Assembly: GCA_050008615.1 (NCBI GenBank)
Contig: JBEKMH010000014.1
Span: 8,107-72,106, forward strand
Direction: 5' to 3'
Length of the DNA: 64,000 bases
Source: Candidatus Cybelea sp.
GTDB lineage: Bacteria > Vulcanimicrobiota > Vulcanimicrobiia > Vulcanimicrobiales > Vulcanimicrobiaceae
Shown: one piece after another, positions 63,463 through 64,000 of the stretch
Layout: every line of letters begins with the position of its first letter
How positions within the stretch are numbered: position 1 is the first letter of the stretch
Made by a program: the position numbers and the translations under genes
Notes under the pieces: generated by a model
Database searches by the model: none
What the model saw: only the letters and a program-made list of their open reading frames with translations
Told to the model about the DNA's origin: nothing

Positions 63463-63488
63463 CGTCCTTCGACTGCGCTCAGGATGAC
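63463..63488 (-). repeat. Hairpin repeat family copy 10 (core only)
   Basis: CGTCCTTCGACTGCGCTCAGGATGAC between the CGNR gene and dinB. Confidence 0.85.
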
Positions 63489-63988
63489 AAGCGGCGTTCG
63501 CGCGCGCGGCGGCGCTGCGCTTTGGCTTGATTGCCGCAGGTCGCCATGCTGCACCAGGCGCGCGAACCATTCTTCGTTTGATCGTAATAGGCGAAGCGGC
63601 ACGTCTGCTTGCGGCACGCGCGCAGTCGCGACCACGTTCCTTTGAGCAACGATTCGTAGACGATCGTGAGCAGGGACGCGATCGGGCCTTCCGCCTCATG
63701 GCTTACCGGCTGCAGCTCGAGGCCGCGATCGGGGTCGACGTTGAGAGCAAGACGGGCGCGCGAGAGGAACGGACCTAGGGCCTCCCAGGCGGCATGCGGG
63801 TCGCCCTCGCCGTTGTTGGCAAAGAGCAGGTCGCGCAGCGCCTCTCGGAAGGCGCGTAGGAGCGCGACGTGGGCCTCATCGAGCGGCGCCGGCAGCCCGT
63901 GAGTTGCGCACCAGGCCCGAGCGCGGTCGAGCGAATCGAGCTCGTCGGGACCGCTCGGGAGGTCGACCGTATTTTCGAAAAGGCGCAC
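63479..63988 (-). CDS. CGNR zinc-finger (ABATE-domain) protein
   Basis: C-terminal CRKQTCRFAYYDQTKNGSRAWCSMATCGNQAKAQR matches the zf-CGNR pattern. The stop codon lies in repeat copy 63463..63488. The 5' end may extend beyond the window. Confidence 0.75.
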   Translation of the reverse strand: MRLFENTVDLPSGPDELDSLDRARAWCATHGLPAPLDEAHVALLRAFREALRDLLFANNGEGDPHAAWEALGPFLSRARLALNVDPDRGLELQPVSHEAEGPIASLLTIVYESLLKGTWSRLRACRKQTCRFAYYDQTKNGSRAWCSMATCGNQAKAQRRRARERRLSS

Positions 63989-64000
63989 CAGATCGAGCGA

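Noticed and set aside
63563-63576. LexA/Cheo-box-like CGAACCATTCTTCG about 100 nt upstream of dinB
   Set aside because: It has a mismatch in the second half-site (CTTC instead of GTTC) and lies inside the CGNR coding region. A single degenerate hit is not sufficient evidence.

Overview
High-GC (about 63-66% by eye) bacterial chromosomal window, very densely coding: about 60 protein genes. I found no rRNA, tRNA, CRISPR array, transposase or integrase. Most content is housekeeping: dnaK(partial)-grpE-dnaJ; CoA-transferase scoA/scoB plus an acyl-CoA dehydrogenase; nth-mutY; lpdA-lipB-lipA; gdhA; ychF; mtnP; a Bacillus-like block of Orn/Lys/Arg decarboxylase, R3H/AAA ATPase, tmk and holB; a bioA-bioF-bioD-bioB operon; pdxS-pdxT-DUF1844-HNH; ispE, a nucleotidyltransferase and ubiX; a Cas4/AddB-type nuclease plus UvrD-type helicase pair; and dinB behind a CGNR zinc-finger gene. 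Accessory or envelope content: three paralogous PF04185-type phosphoesterase (phospholipase C / acid phosphatase family) lipoproteins; an orphan RND permease in a co-directional cluster with an unknown secreted protein, an SGNH esterase lipoprotein and a FUSC-type membrane protein; a CreD-like membrane protein; an NHL lipoprotein; an S9 peptidase; and two paralogous small secreted 'GSWxC' proteins. The strongest signal not explained by genes is a dispersed hairpin repeat (core GTCATCCTGAGCGCAGTCGAAGGA; reads VILSAVEG on one strand and SFDCAQDD on the other). It has at least 10 copies, all at gene borders. Several are read through by ORFs: an in-frame insert in lipA, C-terminal tails on bioA and scoA, and the stop codon of nth and the CGNR gene. 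I saw no recognisable known defence system. The best candidates for something undescribed are the repeat family and the adaptor-less RND / unknown / SGNH / FUSC cluster. All family calls come from motif recognition in the translated ORFs; no database search was possible. Lineage guess (low confidence, inference only): an uncultured soil-type Terrabacteria-like lineage such as Eremiobacterota, Chloroflexota or Armatimonadota.
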